Assembly: GCF_963921235.1 (NCBI RefSeq)
Contig: NC_086097.1
Coordinates: 146,322,001 to 146,386,000 of the forward strand
DNA: 64,000 bases
Direction of reading: 5' to 3'
Source of the DNA: Mobula hypostoma
Taxonomy: Eukaryota
The position numbers and the translations under genes are program-made. Below, one piece after another: positions 1 through 14,167 of this stretch. Numbering within the stretch: the stretch's first letter is position 1; every line of letters starts with the position of its first letter. The notes beneath the pieces were generated by a model that did no database searches, had not been told where the DNA came from, and saw nothing but the letters and a program-made list of their open reading frames with translations.

Positions 1-908
1 GACAGCAGCTTTGTACCCAAAACATGGATACTAGCCATTTTTCCCCAGAACGCGTGTCATGTCTTTATGAACTGGGAGGTTGGTGTTGCTCGTGATCCTT
101 TTACCATCATGCATAAAACATTGGAATTGTGGCAAATAGTAGATAGGGCAAAGTGGGCCAGCAACAATAGCCACTTGAGAATAAGTAGTTCTTGCTACTC
201 ATCTGCAGTTGCATTTTAATGAACTTTGTGTGGCAGCTACAGAAACACAAGGCACAATTACATTTGCAGAAGTAGTCGAGGACTAGTGCAGTATGGAGTT
301 TCTAACTACGTTCTCTTATGACATTTCTGAAAGCTTTGTTAGTAGAGTCCTCCTCAGCACAACACCACTACTTATGTCAAGCCTCATCTGAAACTTTTCT
401 GTAGAAACGTATCAAGCTTTACTTCATTTTGCTCAGGTGAAACACTGACCTAAGTTGCTGGATCTGGATTAAGCTGGAGGCACAAGGCCCAGAAATAACA
501 TTCCTGTAAGTGAAAGTAACTTGTGAATGTTCTGTCTGTATTCCCTAGTGATTATGCTTCTGCTGGCAGTGCAATGTCAATGAATTAAATTAATTTCCAA
601 GAATTTGTGCAAGACTCTTTGCAAAAACTGAAAAGGGCTGATGCACTGAGGCAGGTCATTGAGTTGTTGAAATTGGCTGAGCACAAAGTGCAGGCTATTC
701 AGACCCTTGTATCTACTCCAGCATTAAGTCTTTTACCTCGGCACCACTTGCACTAACCCCATATTTTGCAATTCCTTTAATACACAAACATATAAATATA
801 TTCAGCAACTGAGTCTCTATAGCAGTTTACGATAGAAAATCTCAAAGGTTCACCACTTTAAGTAATTTTTAAAAATGCTGTATGTTAAGACCAAAGTTGA
901 TGCACTCA

Positions 909-2482
909 TTATGGCTGACTGTATCAAAGGCTTTATCAGGTCAATGCATGGTGTGTATAGTCCCATGTTCTGACCACGACACCTCTCCTGTACCTGGCGC
1001 AAGAAAAAGATCATGCTAGATGTGCCTCTGTTCACTCTGAAACCGCACTGACTTTGAGGTTGCCTTTGGCAATGGTAGGGATGATTCTATCCAAGAGAAT
1101 ACTGGTGAGGTCTTTCTGGTGGTGGACAGCAGGGTCCTCTGGTGTTTGAAAAATCCGATTTCTCCCTGTTGTTCTTGATTATCACTGGAAGATTCTATTG
1201 AAGCTTGGCTGTCCCTGAAATTCCTCACCATCCTGCAGCAGTTCCATTAAGGCCAAAGTGGTCAGGTTAAACACAACGGCGATCTGTCTGACCCATTCCC
1301 CATCAGAACCAGCATGACTGTGTTTGGGCGCCAACGCTCTTTGTCATCTTTTTCAGCATGATGCTATGAGAAGCGAAAGAGATCACCTCCAGGAGTATCT
1401 ACATCCTTTCTGCACTGACAAAGATATCTTCAACCTCTGCCACCTTCTTGCCCAAACAAAAACCATGTAAGAGCCTATTCTCGAGCTATTTTATGCAGAC
1501 GACTGTGCTGTTCTCACACACACACTTGACGTGCTATAGGCTGTAGTCACTTAGCTCACCAAGGCTGTAAGGGCATTCAGGTTAACTGTCAGTCTGGACA
1601 AAAACAATAATCCTCCATCAGAAGCCCCGTCGTGGCATTTATTACCCACCTTGGACCACCACTGACGACCACCTTCTCACCACGGTTGAGCAGTTCACCT
1701 ACCTGGGAAGCATCATCTCTAACGACACTATGATAGTAAGGTAAGTTGACAATCGACTCGCTGGAGCCATCAATACTTTTGGGCGCCTCCAGAAACGTGT
1801 ATGGAAGAACCATCAGCTGTGTCTGTCCCCAAAAATCCAGGTGTACAGGGCTGCAGTCGTTACAACATTGCCGTATGGCTCCGAAGCCTGGGATTTGCAC
1901 AAGAACACCTGGTTGCTTGAGTGCTTCCATCAGTGCTGCCTCTGCTCCACCATGAGTATCAGCTGACAGGATCATGTCTCCAATAGCGGAGGTCCCGGAG
2001 AAGGTTCAACTTCCAAGCATTGAAGCCACTTTGCTGCTCAAGCAATCCGCTAGCCAGGCCACGTGTCTCGCACGGATAACTTCAAGTTACCGAAAGTAGT
2101 ACTCTATGGAGAACTCTCTAGGGCAAAAGAGATCATGGTGCCCCGCACAAGAGGTACAAAGACCAACTTAAGCAGCAGCTCTCTCAGGCAAATATCAAGG
2201 TCAACGAGTGGCAACAGCTGGCTTCTGACAGAGACGTTGAAGAATGCTGATCGTCGGAGCAGCCAAGAATTTTGAGGAATCCAGAAGAGCGAATGCTGAG
2301 AAGAGGAGACTCAGCAAGGATCCCACTACCCAAGTGCCTTCACCCAAGCTGTTCCTGTGTCCCTACTGCTCCAGAGTCTGCAGATTCAGAATTGTCCTCT
2401 ACAGTCACCAACTACCGTGCTGGTGCTCCTGAGGACTCCTCTTTCCTCCTGATTCTTGCAAGCGAAGAACCGGCCTTCATCC
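909..2482 (+). mobile_element. RTE-clade LINE, 5'-truncated with inverted 5' segment (~909-1185 on minus strand)
   Basis: Minus piece encodes QCGFR...MIFFLRQVQERC...IDLIKAFDTV; plus piece encodes WKIL..GCP, YADD, FTYLGS, YGSEAW, LPKVVLYGEL and a C-terminal CxxC..H; flanked by 10-bp direct repeat GATGCACTCA (899-908, 2483-2492). Confidence 0.85.
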
Positions 2483-3239
2483 GATGCACTCACATTTTAC
2501 CCCATGTTATATTTTTCCATGTACTTGCATATTCACTTAGTTGAAAACCCTTCACTCACATCTCCCCCATCTAAATATATCCTCCTCTCAGATATGTGCA
2601 TGATGTAGTTTTTCAACTTGATATTGGCAATCTTAAGTGCTCTGCAGCACAAGCCGATCCAAAATATGACCATTAGGCAATTGTGCAGATGGTTAACGCT
2701 TGGTTAATTTTAAAAACTCTTCCAATTTTCATCCATCTCTGGAACTCTGCTTATGTAGGCAATGAGAACAAGAACAGGTCAGAGGAATTTCTTTCCAATC
2801 ATTTATGAGGGTCTCTTCCATTGTTGGCTTCATCTGAGTTAACAGCCACCCAGACTGCCATCTGTATATTAGCTTTTGATATCATTCTGCTGATTTTCTA
2901 GCTTTAGTAACTTAGAATGGAAAGCTTTATGCAAATGTTTTTTCTTCTTCTGAGTGAAGGTTGTGTATTTGATAAGTGAACAGAGGAATACAAATCACCA
3001 TGTACACAAAGCGCCTCCTGGGATGTATATGAATACTGTAGCTCAGCAACAATTACTTGCTAAGTGTTGCAACTGTGTGCACCTATAGGTCTTTGGGTGC
3101 AGCAAAGCATTCCTTCCTTAGGTTATCGTTTCCAATATATACTCTAGGCGATATACAGATGAAACTTGCACATTATCAACACAGCTGAACAGGTGCATCA
3201 GTTGTATTGCTTAACTGTTTTTTTAAAAAAATCACTTAC

Positions 3240-3288
3240 CTTTGCTTTTTGGAAAAATTTGTGCTTTAAAAATTCTGCGGCTGTAGGT
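3240..3288 (-). CDS. OXSR1: OSR1 kinase coding exon (49 bp): (R)PTAAEFLKHKFFQKAK, end of kinase domain
   Basis: Manual translation; acceptor ttattgcag|, donor AAG|gtaagt; phase 2 start matches previous exon. Confidence 0.88.
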
Positions 3289-4019
3289 CTGCAATAAAAA
3301 AATTCTAATTAAGAAAGAAAGAAGCGATTCTTGACTAGATGAACTTAGTAGATTACAAAGGCATATCATTTGAAATTTTACTGAATATTGTTTAGAAAAC
3401 CCATTTGTGATAAAGAACAAGGGAAGATTAGTAGACTATGTCAGTCATTTGTTCAAGACAACAGCTAAAACTTGAAGACTTAAAAATGGATTTCCAATCA
3501 CTGTCTAAAATGCTATTACAATAACAACATTTCCACTTTGACTTGATATACTTCTCATTTCACACATCCTGGTTATTGCACTGTGATTAGTTTGACAGAA
3601 GCTTAGAGAGTATTTAGCATAATCTAAAGGCTGGATGATATTCAGAAAGCCAAAACTATGAGGAAGCTTTCTGTTCTGAAATGCTTTTTAAGTGGACTAT
3701 AAAGTGACCGATTAATAAAAATAAGTAGTCATCTGAAATGAGATAAAGCAGCTAAAATAGCATGAGCTTAATGAACAAATTGCTGTGATTATTAATAAAC
3801 TAGATTGTTTATACATGCGATAAACACTTGCCTTAGCTTTTCCCAGGTTTGGAGCACCATACAAGTGATGAAAGCATGTTTGAAAAGTACTCAATGGAAT
3901 ACAAGCAGGACAGAGACAATTAACACTGGGCTTTCAAAGTTATATTTGCATTGTGGTTATGTACTGGGCTCAACATCTAGAGTAATCTGTGCCCAACACC
4001 AGAAAAACACTAAAACTAC

Positions 4020-4722
4020 TGTTACGTGACCAGTTTCATTTACTGTGGGTGTCACTTTAAAACACCTGGATGAGATGGGACTATGACGTCAGTATAACAA
4101 GCTGCAACAGACCGCTGGGACTTTCAGAGAAGGAGAGAATGTGGAAGCTTTGGACCTCAAGCTGCCAGCAGGAGCTTGCTGCCACAATGGCTAAAGTCTG
4201 ATACTTTCCCTTGCCAGATTGTGACTGTCACTGTGTATGATCCATATGTGGATTTTGTTGGAGTGCCCTGTGGCGACCACCTTTGTTAACCCTTACATGG
4301 TTTCGGGTATGTTATGTGGTAACCACTTGTGCTAAGGAATATTCCATGACTGTTATCCTTGTGATATTTCTAAGTGGATTTCAGGACAACTCGACGGATA
4401 AGATCTTCAGCGACTGTTACTTTGTTTTCCCAGCGTGGAACCTGTGGAATTCTTCGTGATCGCCTCCTCTCTACATTTTAATGTGGATTTACAAGTTTCT
4501 CTCGTCACTTATTCCGTGGATCACCGGACCTTTCTAGTTTGCCAATTTAAGACTTTAAGAACAGTTCCTAAGCTTGACAGTTTGGGAGCCACACACATAT
4601 AACACTGTTAACCTCTGTTTATTTCATTTAATTTTCTATATTTTGAGTAGATACTAATACATATAGTGTTTTAACATTAAAACCTGACTCAATTTGTGAT
4701 CTATTGCTGCTGGTACATAACA
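4020..4722 (+). mobile_element. Solo LTR (Gypsy-type)
   Basis: Termini TGTTACGTG...TACATAACA (TG...CA, imperfect inverted ends), ~700 bp, near 4-bp TSD ctac/ttac, no coding remnant. Confidence 0.65.
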
Positions 4723-5864
4723 TTACTGGAATGTGGTAAAGGCCAACAGGCTCGGTAATCTTCAGTCCAGCACCCTACCATAATTTGGTGAGCATGTTCA
4801 TGTATACAGATAACTCAAACCCTTCAAATACATGAGATGAGCAGTGCTCCAATTGAAGCCTTTGTGATGTAAGGGTTTGACATCGCAAAGTAAGTGCTCC
4901 ACACTCAAAGCTCAATGAATTCAATCAAAGGCCTTTGTGCCACTTCCTTGAGTTATTGTTACTTCACATTTGAAATTTGATTCACTATTGGGAATATGGG
5001 CACAGTTTGAAGCCGAATGTAACGTAACCTGACCAACAACATTTACAATCAATCCTGCAACTCTTCATGCTGATTCTCAAAGTAGATAAGTAACTCCTGG
5101 TAATCACACTGCACAGAAAACCAGTTAGCCTATTGTGCCTGTGATACACTTTTTAAAAGAACCTTTAAAATTCCTAATACTCCCATTCTCTTCCCCATTA
5201 GCGAGCAATAGTGGTTATTTTCCTGTATACATCAGATTCCTTTATAAAAGCCATCATTTTCTTGTTTCACTTTCTGTATTTCATGATCCATCATGTAAAA
5301 GCAATTCTCACTTCATTTTGAGTTTACTTAGCAATTTTCTTAATCGTGCCTTAGTAATCCTCCTGTATGTGATGGAAGTTTCCCATTTACATTATCCTTG
5401 AGCTGTGTCAAGTTGGCTCACAATGGAGGTGCCGATATTGGCTACAGGTACCTAATGTTAGAAAGGGAGATTAATTAAGGATCATAGTCCTTAATAGTAA
5501 AAAGTACCCCAACTAGCACTCGTTTGTACATTTATACAGTATATACAACATTGTGTGACACCAGGGAAACAAAAAGCACCTTTTCAGCTGAAGCCGTTTT
5601 GAAACATAGTCACCATGTTGTTTAGGAAACAGTACAGCCATATTTATTGCTCCTCTCCTCTGCCCCCACCACCAAAAAAGCAGAGATAATACTAATTAGC
5701 TGTTCTATTGAGGGACAAATACTGAATCAGGGCGAGGGGGATCTCTCCTTTCTCCTCTCCTACATGACTATTTACTCTTTCAGCATGCACCAAATTGCCT
5801 TTGATTATCTCTATTTGCTCTATGGACAGTGTTGTCACTGGATAAAATCAATCTTTTATTCCAT

Positions 5865-6136
5865 GGTAGTGTAGTGGTTAGTGCAATGCTATTACAGTTC
5901 AGGCCATCAGATTTCAGAGTTCAACCCTGGCGACCTCCAAGGAGTTTGTATGTCCTCCATGTAAAATGTGTGGGTTTTCTCCAGTTTTCTCCCACAATCC
6001 AAAGATGTGCTGGTTAGTAGATTAATTGTTCATTGCAAATTGTTCTGTGATTAGGTTAGGGTTAAATTGGGGTTTGCTGGGCAGTGCAGCTTGAAGGGTC
6101 TATTCCACACTATATCGCTAAATAAAATAAATAAAT
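5865..6136 (+). mobile_element. tRNA-derived V-domain SINE (HE1-like)
   Basis: A-box-like TAGTGTAGTGG, V-SINE core GGAGTTTGTATGT...CTCCCACAATCCAAAGATGTG, CR1-like tail, (TAAA)n end; several similar copies in the window. Confidence 0.75.
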
Positions 6137-6443
6137 AACCTCTAAATAGACAGGATTAAGGAACCCAATTCTTAATTTTGCCAATTTTAAACTTACGACA
6201 ACCTTAAAAGGTAAGTTTTTATTTGATTATCCGTTCTTTTAAAGTATCATAGGAAATATGGTCATCATTATAAAAACAAACGGTCATTTTCATTTGATCT
6301 AACAAAGTGATTTGTGGAGTAGACGTTTACAATTTGTGATTGCAACAAGTTAATTATCCAGCATTGAGAGAGTCTTAATTCAGCAATCTGACTTCCAATC
6401 CCAGAATACAGAAACCAAACAAGAGCAGAACTCTGATTTTTAC

Positions 6444-6577
6444 CTTTTTTCTGGATCTTTCTGTAGACACTGTGAAATCATCTTTCTAAAGGACTTGCCA
6501 TACTTTTTGACCATTTCCTTATCTTGCACACCTGTCTCCAAACAGGGGGGATCATTCTGAAGAGTTAGCATTAAAAC
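6444..6577 (-). CDS. OXSR1: OSR1 kinase coding exon (134 bp): [44 protein letters not shown](R)
   Basis: Manual translation; acceptor gttcag|, donor AG|gtaaaa; GVQDKEM, RKMIS and KDPEKR are OSR1-type residues. Confidence 0.92.
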
Positions 6578-7236
6578 CTGAACAAACAACAGATGATAAG
6601 AAATCAACCTGTGGAATTTAAACCATCTTCAATTGAAGCAAATGGTTAAATGATTTGTTTAAAAGATGCAAAATTTTAATGCAATTGATCAAATGGGCTC
6701 ATTTTTCCAACTATAGATGCTAGAATACATTAAATAGCTGAAAAACAAGCTGAACTTATTGTATATAATTGAACACAAACTGTTCTAGACATCTATTTAA
6801 TGCCAAGCATGAATCAGCATTCAGACTAAAGCAATGGAGATAGACAAAAGTAACCAAGCTCCATTTAATTCTTCTACCATTCTAGTAATAGCAGGACCCA
6901 ATAATGTTCATTACTAAGGTAATCAATCTTAGATTTTCAGACAAGGAAAACAAATTTTGAAGACTTGTGAAACATTGATCTAAGTCATCATTTTCTCTTA
7001 GGTATACTATGATCAATGTCTAGGCCCAAAGTGCCTATTTTGATGAATACATGCTGATTTCATATTTGAAGAGAGTTAGTTCTCCAAATGGGTTCCACTT
7101 TTTCCTCCAAATTGCAATTGGGAAAAGAAAATAGTGTAAAATACTTTATTGCTGACAAGGACAATAATAAAAAAAAAATGAGATGAGTTTTGGTTTGCTC
7201 CATGTTAAAAACATCCAACGGATTGCTTCTGTGCTA

Positions 7237-7479
<243 letters not shown>

Positions 7480-7923
7480 TTATATATTTCACACCAATAC
7501 ATCCAGAATCATAAAACATGGTCCTTGATCAGTCTCAGTATCACCTGTAGTACACTCGTTGATCCACAAAACCTAGAAAGGGACTAGTTTGATCACCCAC
7601 GTTAAATCTAACATGAAAAAGTGAGTAGGTGGGTAGAAGCTTCATATTCACTTCCTCACTCCTATTATACTGTCAAGTGCATATGTGCCATTAAGAGCCC
7701 CAGGATGTTGCCCTTTACCCAGGTACTCCAGCAGATGATTATTTTTAAAAATGGCCAAGAGCTCAATAGAAGCAGCTTAAGAGAACTATAGGATAAAATA
7801 AGAGGTTACTGTACACAATGAAATTCAGGAGTTTTACATGATGTATAAAGAAAATACTCAATAAGTAGCCCCGTAACATTTGCAATTCCCAGAAGCTCAT
7901 TGATTTGAAGTCCTCATATATTA

Positions 7924-8112
<189 letters not shown>

Positions 8113-8559
8113 TTAAGCAAAATCACAAGTAAAATAACATTTCTCACTAATTCGGCATTGGTCAACAAACTCAGAAATTTGCCATTTTGTTGCAATGAAC
8201 ATTTTCACTGTTCTGGTGGTTTAAGGAGCATGACAAAAATCATTTCCACTCAGCCACAACTACCAATACCACAGGCTTCCAATTCTACAACAAGTTCTCA
8301 TGAGTGCCTGATATGTTCACACAACCTATCTTGTCTTTTCACCTCTGCAGTAAGAGTAATATAGATAAATTATCTTTGACATTGCCTTAAATGTTGAATA
8401 TGATAATACTGGCAGTTTATTAATGATTAACAGTGAAAAATATTCAAAAGGGCATGAACTAATAATAGTATAGGAACATTTGATTATCTGGATACAGAAT
8501 GAAATAAAAGTCTGTGATAAGAAAAAAAAAGCAGCTGTCTGATTCAGATGCGTCTACTG

Positions 8560-8750
8560 AGGAAGAGTTGAGTGAGCTAGGGCTCTTCTTTTTGGATTGA
8601 TGTTGGATGAGAAGCAACTTAATGGAGATGTGTAAGATTATGGAAGGCATAGATAGAGTGAACAGTCAGCACCTTTTTTTCCAGTGTGGCAATGGCCAAT
8701 ACCAGAGGACATCTGTTTAAGATGAGTGGAGGAAAGTTTAAGGGAGATAA
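8560..8750 (+). mobile_element. CR1 LINE 3' ORF2 fragment (decayed)
   Basis: Similar to the LS.LGLFSL...L.E.YKIM.GIDRV region of the CR1 at 22650-22850. Confidence 0.6.
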
Positions 8751-8789
8751 CAAATTTTTGTCTTCAAACACTAAATGTTCTTCCTTTCC

Positions 8790-9040
8790 TCACTGATTAA
8801 TCTGCACATCATTGATCACACCAACCCCCCAAACCACCAGCTCCCCCACTTCCCATGTCAGTCTGTCAATTGCCTCTAGTCTGTCTCACCTTTACCCCCC
8901 TCCTCTTTATAGAGGCTATTACCCCAATTTGCTCAGTCCTGATGCACAGCTTTGACCAAAAACATGGACCATTCCACTCCACTCACCCTACGATGCTACT
9001 TAATCTGCTGAGTTCCTCCAGCAGATTGTTTGTTGTGTTA
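8790..9040 (+). mobile_element. Penelope-related 3' end fragment with degenerate hammerhead-like core
   Basis: C-rich tract then cagtcCTGATGc...aaaac and gatgct...ctgctgagttcctccagc, paralleling 42780-43008. Confidence 0.5.
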
Positions 9041-10529
9041 AGTATTCAGGAACATTTTCTTATCTGATGCAGTTATCACACAGCATAATGGTAAAGGGAA
9101 ATAATATTATTTAGTACACTGCATGAATAGATTAAAAAAATCAAGACAAAGCACCCTCAAATACAAACGTGAAGGGAAAACTTGTTATAAAAAGGAAACC
9201 TTTAAAGGAATAACAGCACAAATCATCGCTATTCCCCATCATTAACAGAGGAGTCCATGGACCCCAGATTGGGAACTCCTACATGCACAAAAAGGCTAGA
9301 AATCCAGCAATGAAAGGGTTAAGGCTTTTTTTTAGAAACTTAAACAGCATGCAATATTGATAGGTCAAATTAAAATAATGAGGTCCTACACAAAAAACCA
9401 TGGTATAGTTAAAAAGGCCAAAATAAACATTACATAGTAAACTTGGGAGAAATCCTACAGGAAAACTATTGCTCCTTAATAATGCTTAAGGTAATATTAT
9501 TCTTGCAAATAGTGAAACTGTGCAATTTTTGAGGCTATAACTTGCAGGTTGTAGGAGAAAATTAACTAGGCATGCCTCTACATTTTATTTATATGTTGAC
9601 AGGTAAAAATAAAGGTCAAAAAGTGAAATAATTTTAATGAATTGCAGTCTATCTCAAGGCAACAGTCATTAAGATGTAATCAAAAGCTCCCATTTTATCA
9701 TTAAGATATACAACTCAGCATGTTACATAAATAGCAAATTTCCAACTCTCCTAAAAAAAATAATTTTCCCATGTTGTAATTTTATATGACAGTATTCTAA
9801 CCTATGCTTTCAAATTTACTGTTTTCATGTTATAAAAAACAGATCTTATTTCTTTCAAATATCGGATGATACGTCAGTAATTTCTGGAATCTGCCTCAAG
9901 ATTTCGCCTAATGTTTTTCAGCAGGGCTGCTGTTTGCGTAATTTGAGATTTTACTTCAATCCCGCAGATCAGCCATACATTTTCTATTTCCTCTTTCAAA
10001 TTACCATGAACCAAATAAAGCCCTTTGCTGAAAATTTAATTTATCCAATTACTGCTCAAAATGAACAATTTTGGAGGAAAAAAATAGCATTGTAGCCAAT
10101 ATTTAATGAGTTTTCCCTCAAAGGGAAATGTGTTGTGTACGGAGAATACATAGAACTGTTATGGTGTGAAACAATACTTTTTTTTAAGGTCAACTCTGTT
10201 TCCTGGCTGTAGGGCCTGTTTTCATGCTGCAATGCTCCATTACAATTTATAGTGAATTAACCTAACAATCTGCATGCTTATGAGATAGAGGAGGAAAAAG
10301 CATGCAGAGGAAACCCCTAGCAGCACAGGGAGACCATGCCAAACTCCACACTGACGAAAGGCCAGCATTGAACCTGGTTTCTTGCACTGAGATAGTGGTT
10401 CTACTATCTCAGCCATTGTGCTGCATGAATTACATCACAGTATAGAAAGGTTCTGACACTGAAAGCAATTTCCACAGAGATATCAATTGCAAGCTTTCTA
10501 TTGCTTCACTTCCCTCAACAGATCCCTCG

Positions 10530-11035
10530 CCATACCTACATTTAAGTGTCTTACATGGAATTTCTCAGCAAGGCTGGTATGGAGAGTACTAAAACAGCAA
10601 TCGTGCACCAGCTTGTCTTTAAAATAGCCTTTGATGAAGTGGGTGGTTGCTCCTATAATCATTTACACTGGGCCCCTGTGTACTGACAATGGGTTCAAGG
10701 TTCTCAATGCCATCCAAATTGTTCTTCTACTTTGAATGATAACTGGCCAAATCTAGGTTGTTGGGTTCACAGCATCTGAGGTTCCCTGGCACATCATCAT
10801 GAGAAAGTACTGCCAATCTGACCAAGGTCCCTCTTGACTAGATTTTAGAACTTCAGCAAGGATACCATCTGCTTCTGAGGCCTTATTTCTTTTCAGTTTG
10901 CATATGGTCTCTTAACCTTGTTCATCTGGGCTGATGAAAAATCTGAACCAGGGAGTTTGTCTTTGGATGGAGTAAAGGATATTCATAAAGGACAAGAATA
11001 ATTGTTCAGAAGCTCTTTGAAGTGCTCCTTCCAAA
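10530..11035 (-). mobile_element. RTE-like LINE fragment (decayed)
   Basis: Minus strand reads WKEHF.ELLN, LKRNKASEADGI, RQAGARLL-like segments with many lesions. Confidence 0.45.
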
Positions 11036-12713
11036 TTGTCAACATAAATCAAATGCACTAAAGGTAAATATTCTAGCATACCTTCCACAACTTTTCCTTA
11101 TGTGCTAACCTTAATCTCAAAATAATAAGGGACAGACTCTGCTCAACAGTCTTTCATCAACAAGCTTTGCTCTAATGGCAAGTTTTTCATACGTTTTTTG
11201 AACTAAGGAAGAAAGGCATCTCCCTATGTGATACCTGGAAACTACAATCCTCAAGATTCCATTGCCCTTGAAGTGAACAGACAGCAAAACAGTACTGAAA
11301 GAAGTACTACTAAAGTCATCCTTTTAACTACATTTGTAGTTCATTTTAAAGATCCATTTAGAGTGCTCTTTCCGTGAGCTCTTTTCATCAAAACACTGTT
11401 ACATTACTGACAAAAGTATTATGCTACATTGGACCAATTTAAATGCACTCCATACTTCACCTTCACCAATCTCATAACAGATATAGAAACAAGGAAGTAT
11501 AACACATGGACCGAGTTTACTATAAATACAGCACAAACAGTTATACAAAGACTCATCTGAACACATCCACCTGATTGCATACTTTCACCAACTGTGGATT
11601 TGTACTATCCTACTTACAATAACAGAGGATATAAATTAGACGAGTTTAATTAGACATTGGATTTTGATTGCAAGTTTTGTACCCAGCTATACAGAGTGCT
11701 CACTGCCTCATGATTAACTGTATTGCCCTTCCTAAAAAGCGGATATAGTACATTATAGAAATGTTTTAATGTGTAGTACAATTTCATTTTTTAAACCATT
11801 GTTAATTAAATACAATATTCAAATGCTAGTTCTCTCAAGTCACACGTTATTATGGATTTACATTCCAAGAACTTAATTCATGAATGTTTAATGAGTTCCT
11901 ATAAAATTCCTGTGGTTTTATTGCATGTTAATAATGTATTAACACTTCAAAGAATTTGATACAAGTTCTCTAAACTGTATTTGTATTAAACACACATATT
12001 GAAACTAGTTGCCTTATTCCCTGTTTAGCTATAGTCATTGAATATAGTGCTTTTCTAACTGCAACATTTTAATAATAAGATATAAATTTTATGGTGCATT
12101 AAGACTAAACAGCACAGGGGAGAAATAAGGCACATGTTCAGCAGACAGAAAAACAAACCGTAATAAAATGTGGGAACCATCCAGCAGGTCAGTGAATGCT
12201 AGTCACACTAGTCTAAAGTCACCTGTTTCAACTCTGATTTAATGTCAGAGACTTGGTATTTTTAAGGGGGGGGGGTGGCAGGAATTAGGAAGTATTTATT
12301 TATTAATTTCTATTATTCAACATCTTCAGTTCTTAGGCATTTCACAACCATTTGACTATAAAATCCCAAATATTTAACATCCTCTTTCTAATTAATTTCA
12401 TTTTATTGTTAAATAGTTCATCCCATATCCTGACCAACCTTTCCTAATCTCTGGAATCAATCTTATCATACCATCAAGGTTTTGAGTTTCATTTGTAAGG
12501 ATTTCTTCCATGCTTGAAAAGACAGCTGTTATTTGAAAGCAAGCCCTAAAATAAAAAGGCAGGATTATGGTACAAAAGAAGAAAAAAAAAACTTCCATCA
12601 ATTTATTAACTAAACCACGCAGTTTCCCCCCCCCCCCCATTTGCTGTATTGATTAAAACATGAACACCACTATCAATGGAACAATCCTACTGCAACCTCT
12701 AGCTCCAAAATCT

Positions 12714-14167
12714 TTCTCTTTTTCAATCTTTTTATTAATTTTCAAGCTCATAAACATAATAATAGTGATACAAAGAGATTGGAATTACCTCATTGTTATT
12801 AAACATCTACAAAAAAGACTACAAATAGTACAAGTGTAATAGCTTTCCAAACTCTTGATATAGTTAATCACGGAAAAAAAAGGATATTGCAAAGAAAACA
12901 CCCCCCCCCGGAAAAAAACCCAGAAAAAAACCCAAACAAAAACAACTAATGACTAAACCTAAAAAAGACAAACAGAACAAAACAAGGCTGAACCAATATA
13001 TTAGATCAAATACAATCATTAATGTCGTCAACTCTGCTCGTCTATTCATAGAAACATAGAAAATAGGTGCAGGAGTAGGCCATTCGGCCCTTCGAGCCTG
13101 CACCGCCAGTCAGTATGATCATGGCTGATCATCCAACTCAGAACCCTGTACTAGCCTTCCCCCCATACCCCCTGATCCCTTTAGCCAGAAGGGCCATATC
13201 TAACTCCCTCTTAAATATAGCCAATGAACTGGCCTCAACTGTTTCCTGTGGCAGAGAATTCCACAGATTCACCACTCTCTGTGTGAAGAAGTTTTTCCTA
13301 ATCTTGGTCCTAAAAGGCTTCCCCCCTTTATCCTCAAACTGTGATCCCTCGTTCTGGACTTCCCCAACATCGGGAACAATCTTCCTGCATCTAGCCTGTC
13401 CAATCCCTTTAGGATTTTATATGTTTCAATAAGATCCCCCCTCAATCTTCTAAATTCCAGCGAGTATAAGCCTAGTCGATCCGGTCTTTCATCATATGAA
13501 AGTCCTGCCATCCCAGGAATCAATCTGGTGAACCTTCTTTGTACTCCCTCTATGGCAAGGATGCCTTAGATTAGGGGACCAAAACTGCACACAATATGTT
13601 CTAAGTTAGTAAAAAGGATTCGGAAAAGGTCAAACTACATCATATGAAAATGCTGAATAAATAAATGGCATTGCCGAATTTAAGATTCTATTACTGGGCA
13701 ATTAATATTCGATATTTAATATTTTGGACACAAGATTGGGATATAACTCGAAGTCCACAATGGGTACACCTTGAAGGATACTCTGTACAAGGGTTTTTAT
13801 TGGTTTCTATTTTAGGAACTTCACTTCCCTTTGTATTTTCTAAATTAAACAAACAATTGGTTAATCCAATAATTAAACATACATTACGAATATGGTTCCA
13901 ATTTCATAAATTTTTTGTTTTAACAAATTCATATTATCAAGCCCTATTATATCTAATTTTTTTTTCAACCTTCAGTTATGGATCAAGCCTTTTTGATATG
14001 GAAAATGAAGGGTGTAACATGTTTCCATGATTTACTTCTGAATAATTGTTTCATGTCTTTTGAACAGTTATCTAATAAATATAACTTGCCTAGATCCCTT
14101 TTTTTTGGATATTTACAAACAAGAAACTTTTAAAATTTCATGCTGCCTATGCTTTCGATTTCATAGC
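12714..14167 (-). mobile_element. L1-clade LINE, 5'-truncated with inverted 5' segment (13665-14167 on plus strand), interrupted by a CR1
   Basis: T-rich tail at left end; ORF2 end FIQHFHMM* on minus strand near 13640-13662; plus-strand MALPNLRFYYWA (L1 GG.ALP...YYWA motif); 15-bp TSD CTAGCTCCAAAATCT at 12699-12713 and 14168-14182. Confidence 0.82.
13047..13595 (-). mobile_element. CR1 LINE 3' end nested in the L1
   Basis: ORF 13269..13523 (LGLYSLEFRRLRGDLIETYKIL); catagaaa-type microsatellite tail at ~13047-13062. Confidence 0.88.

Noticed and set aside
1..3239. Next downstream OXSR1 exon
   Set aside because: No in-frame, splice-flanked match to the post-kinase linker recognised; presumably left of the window.
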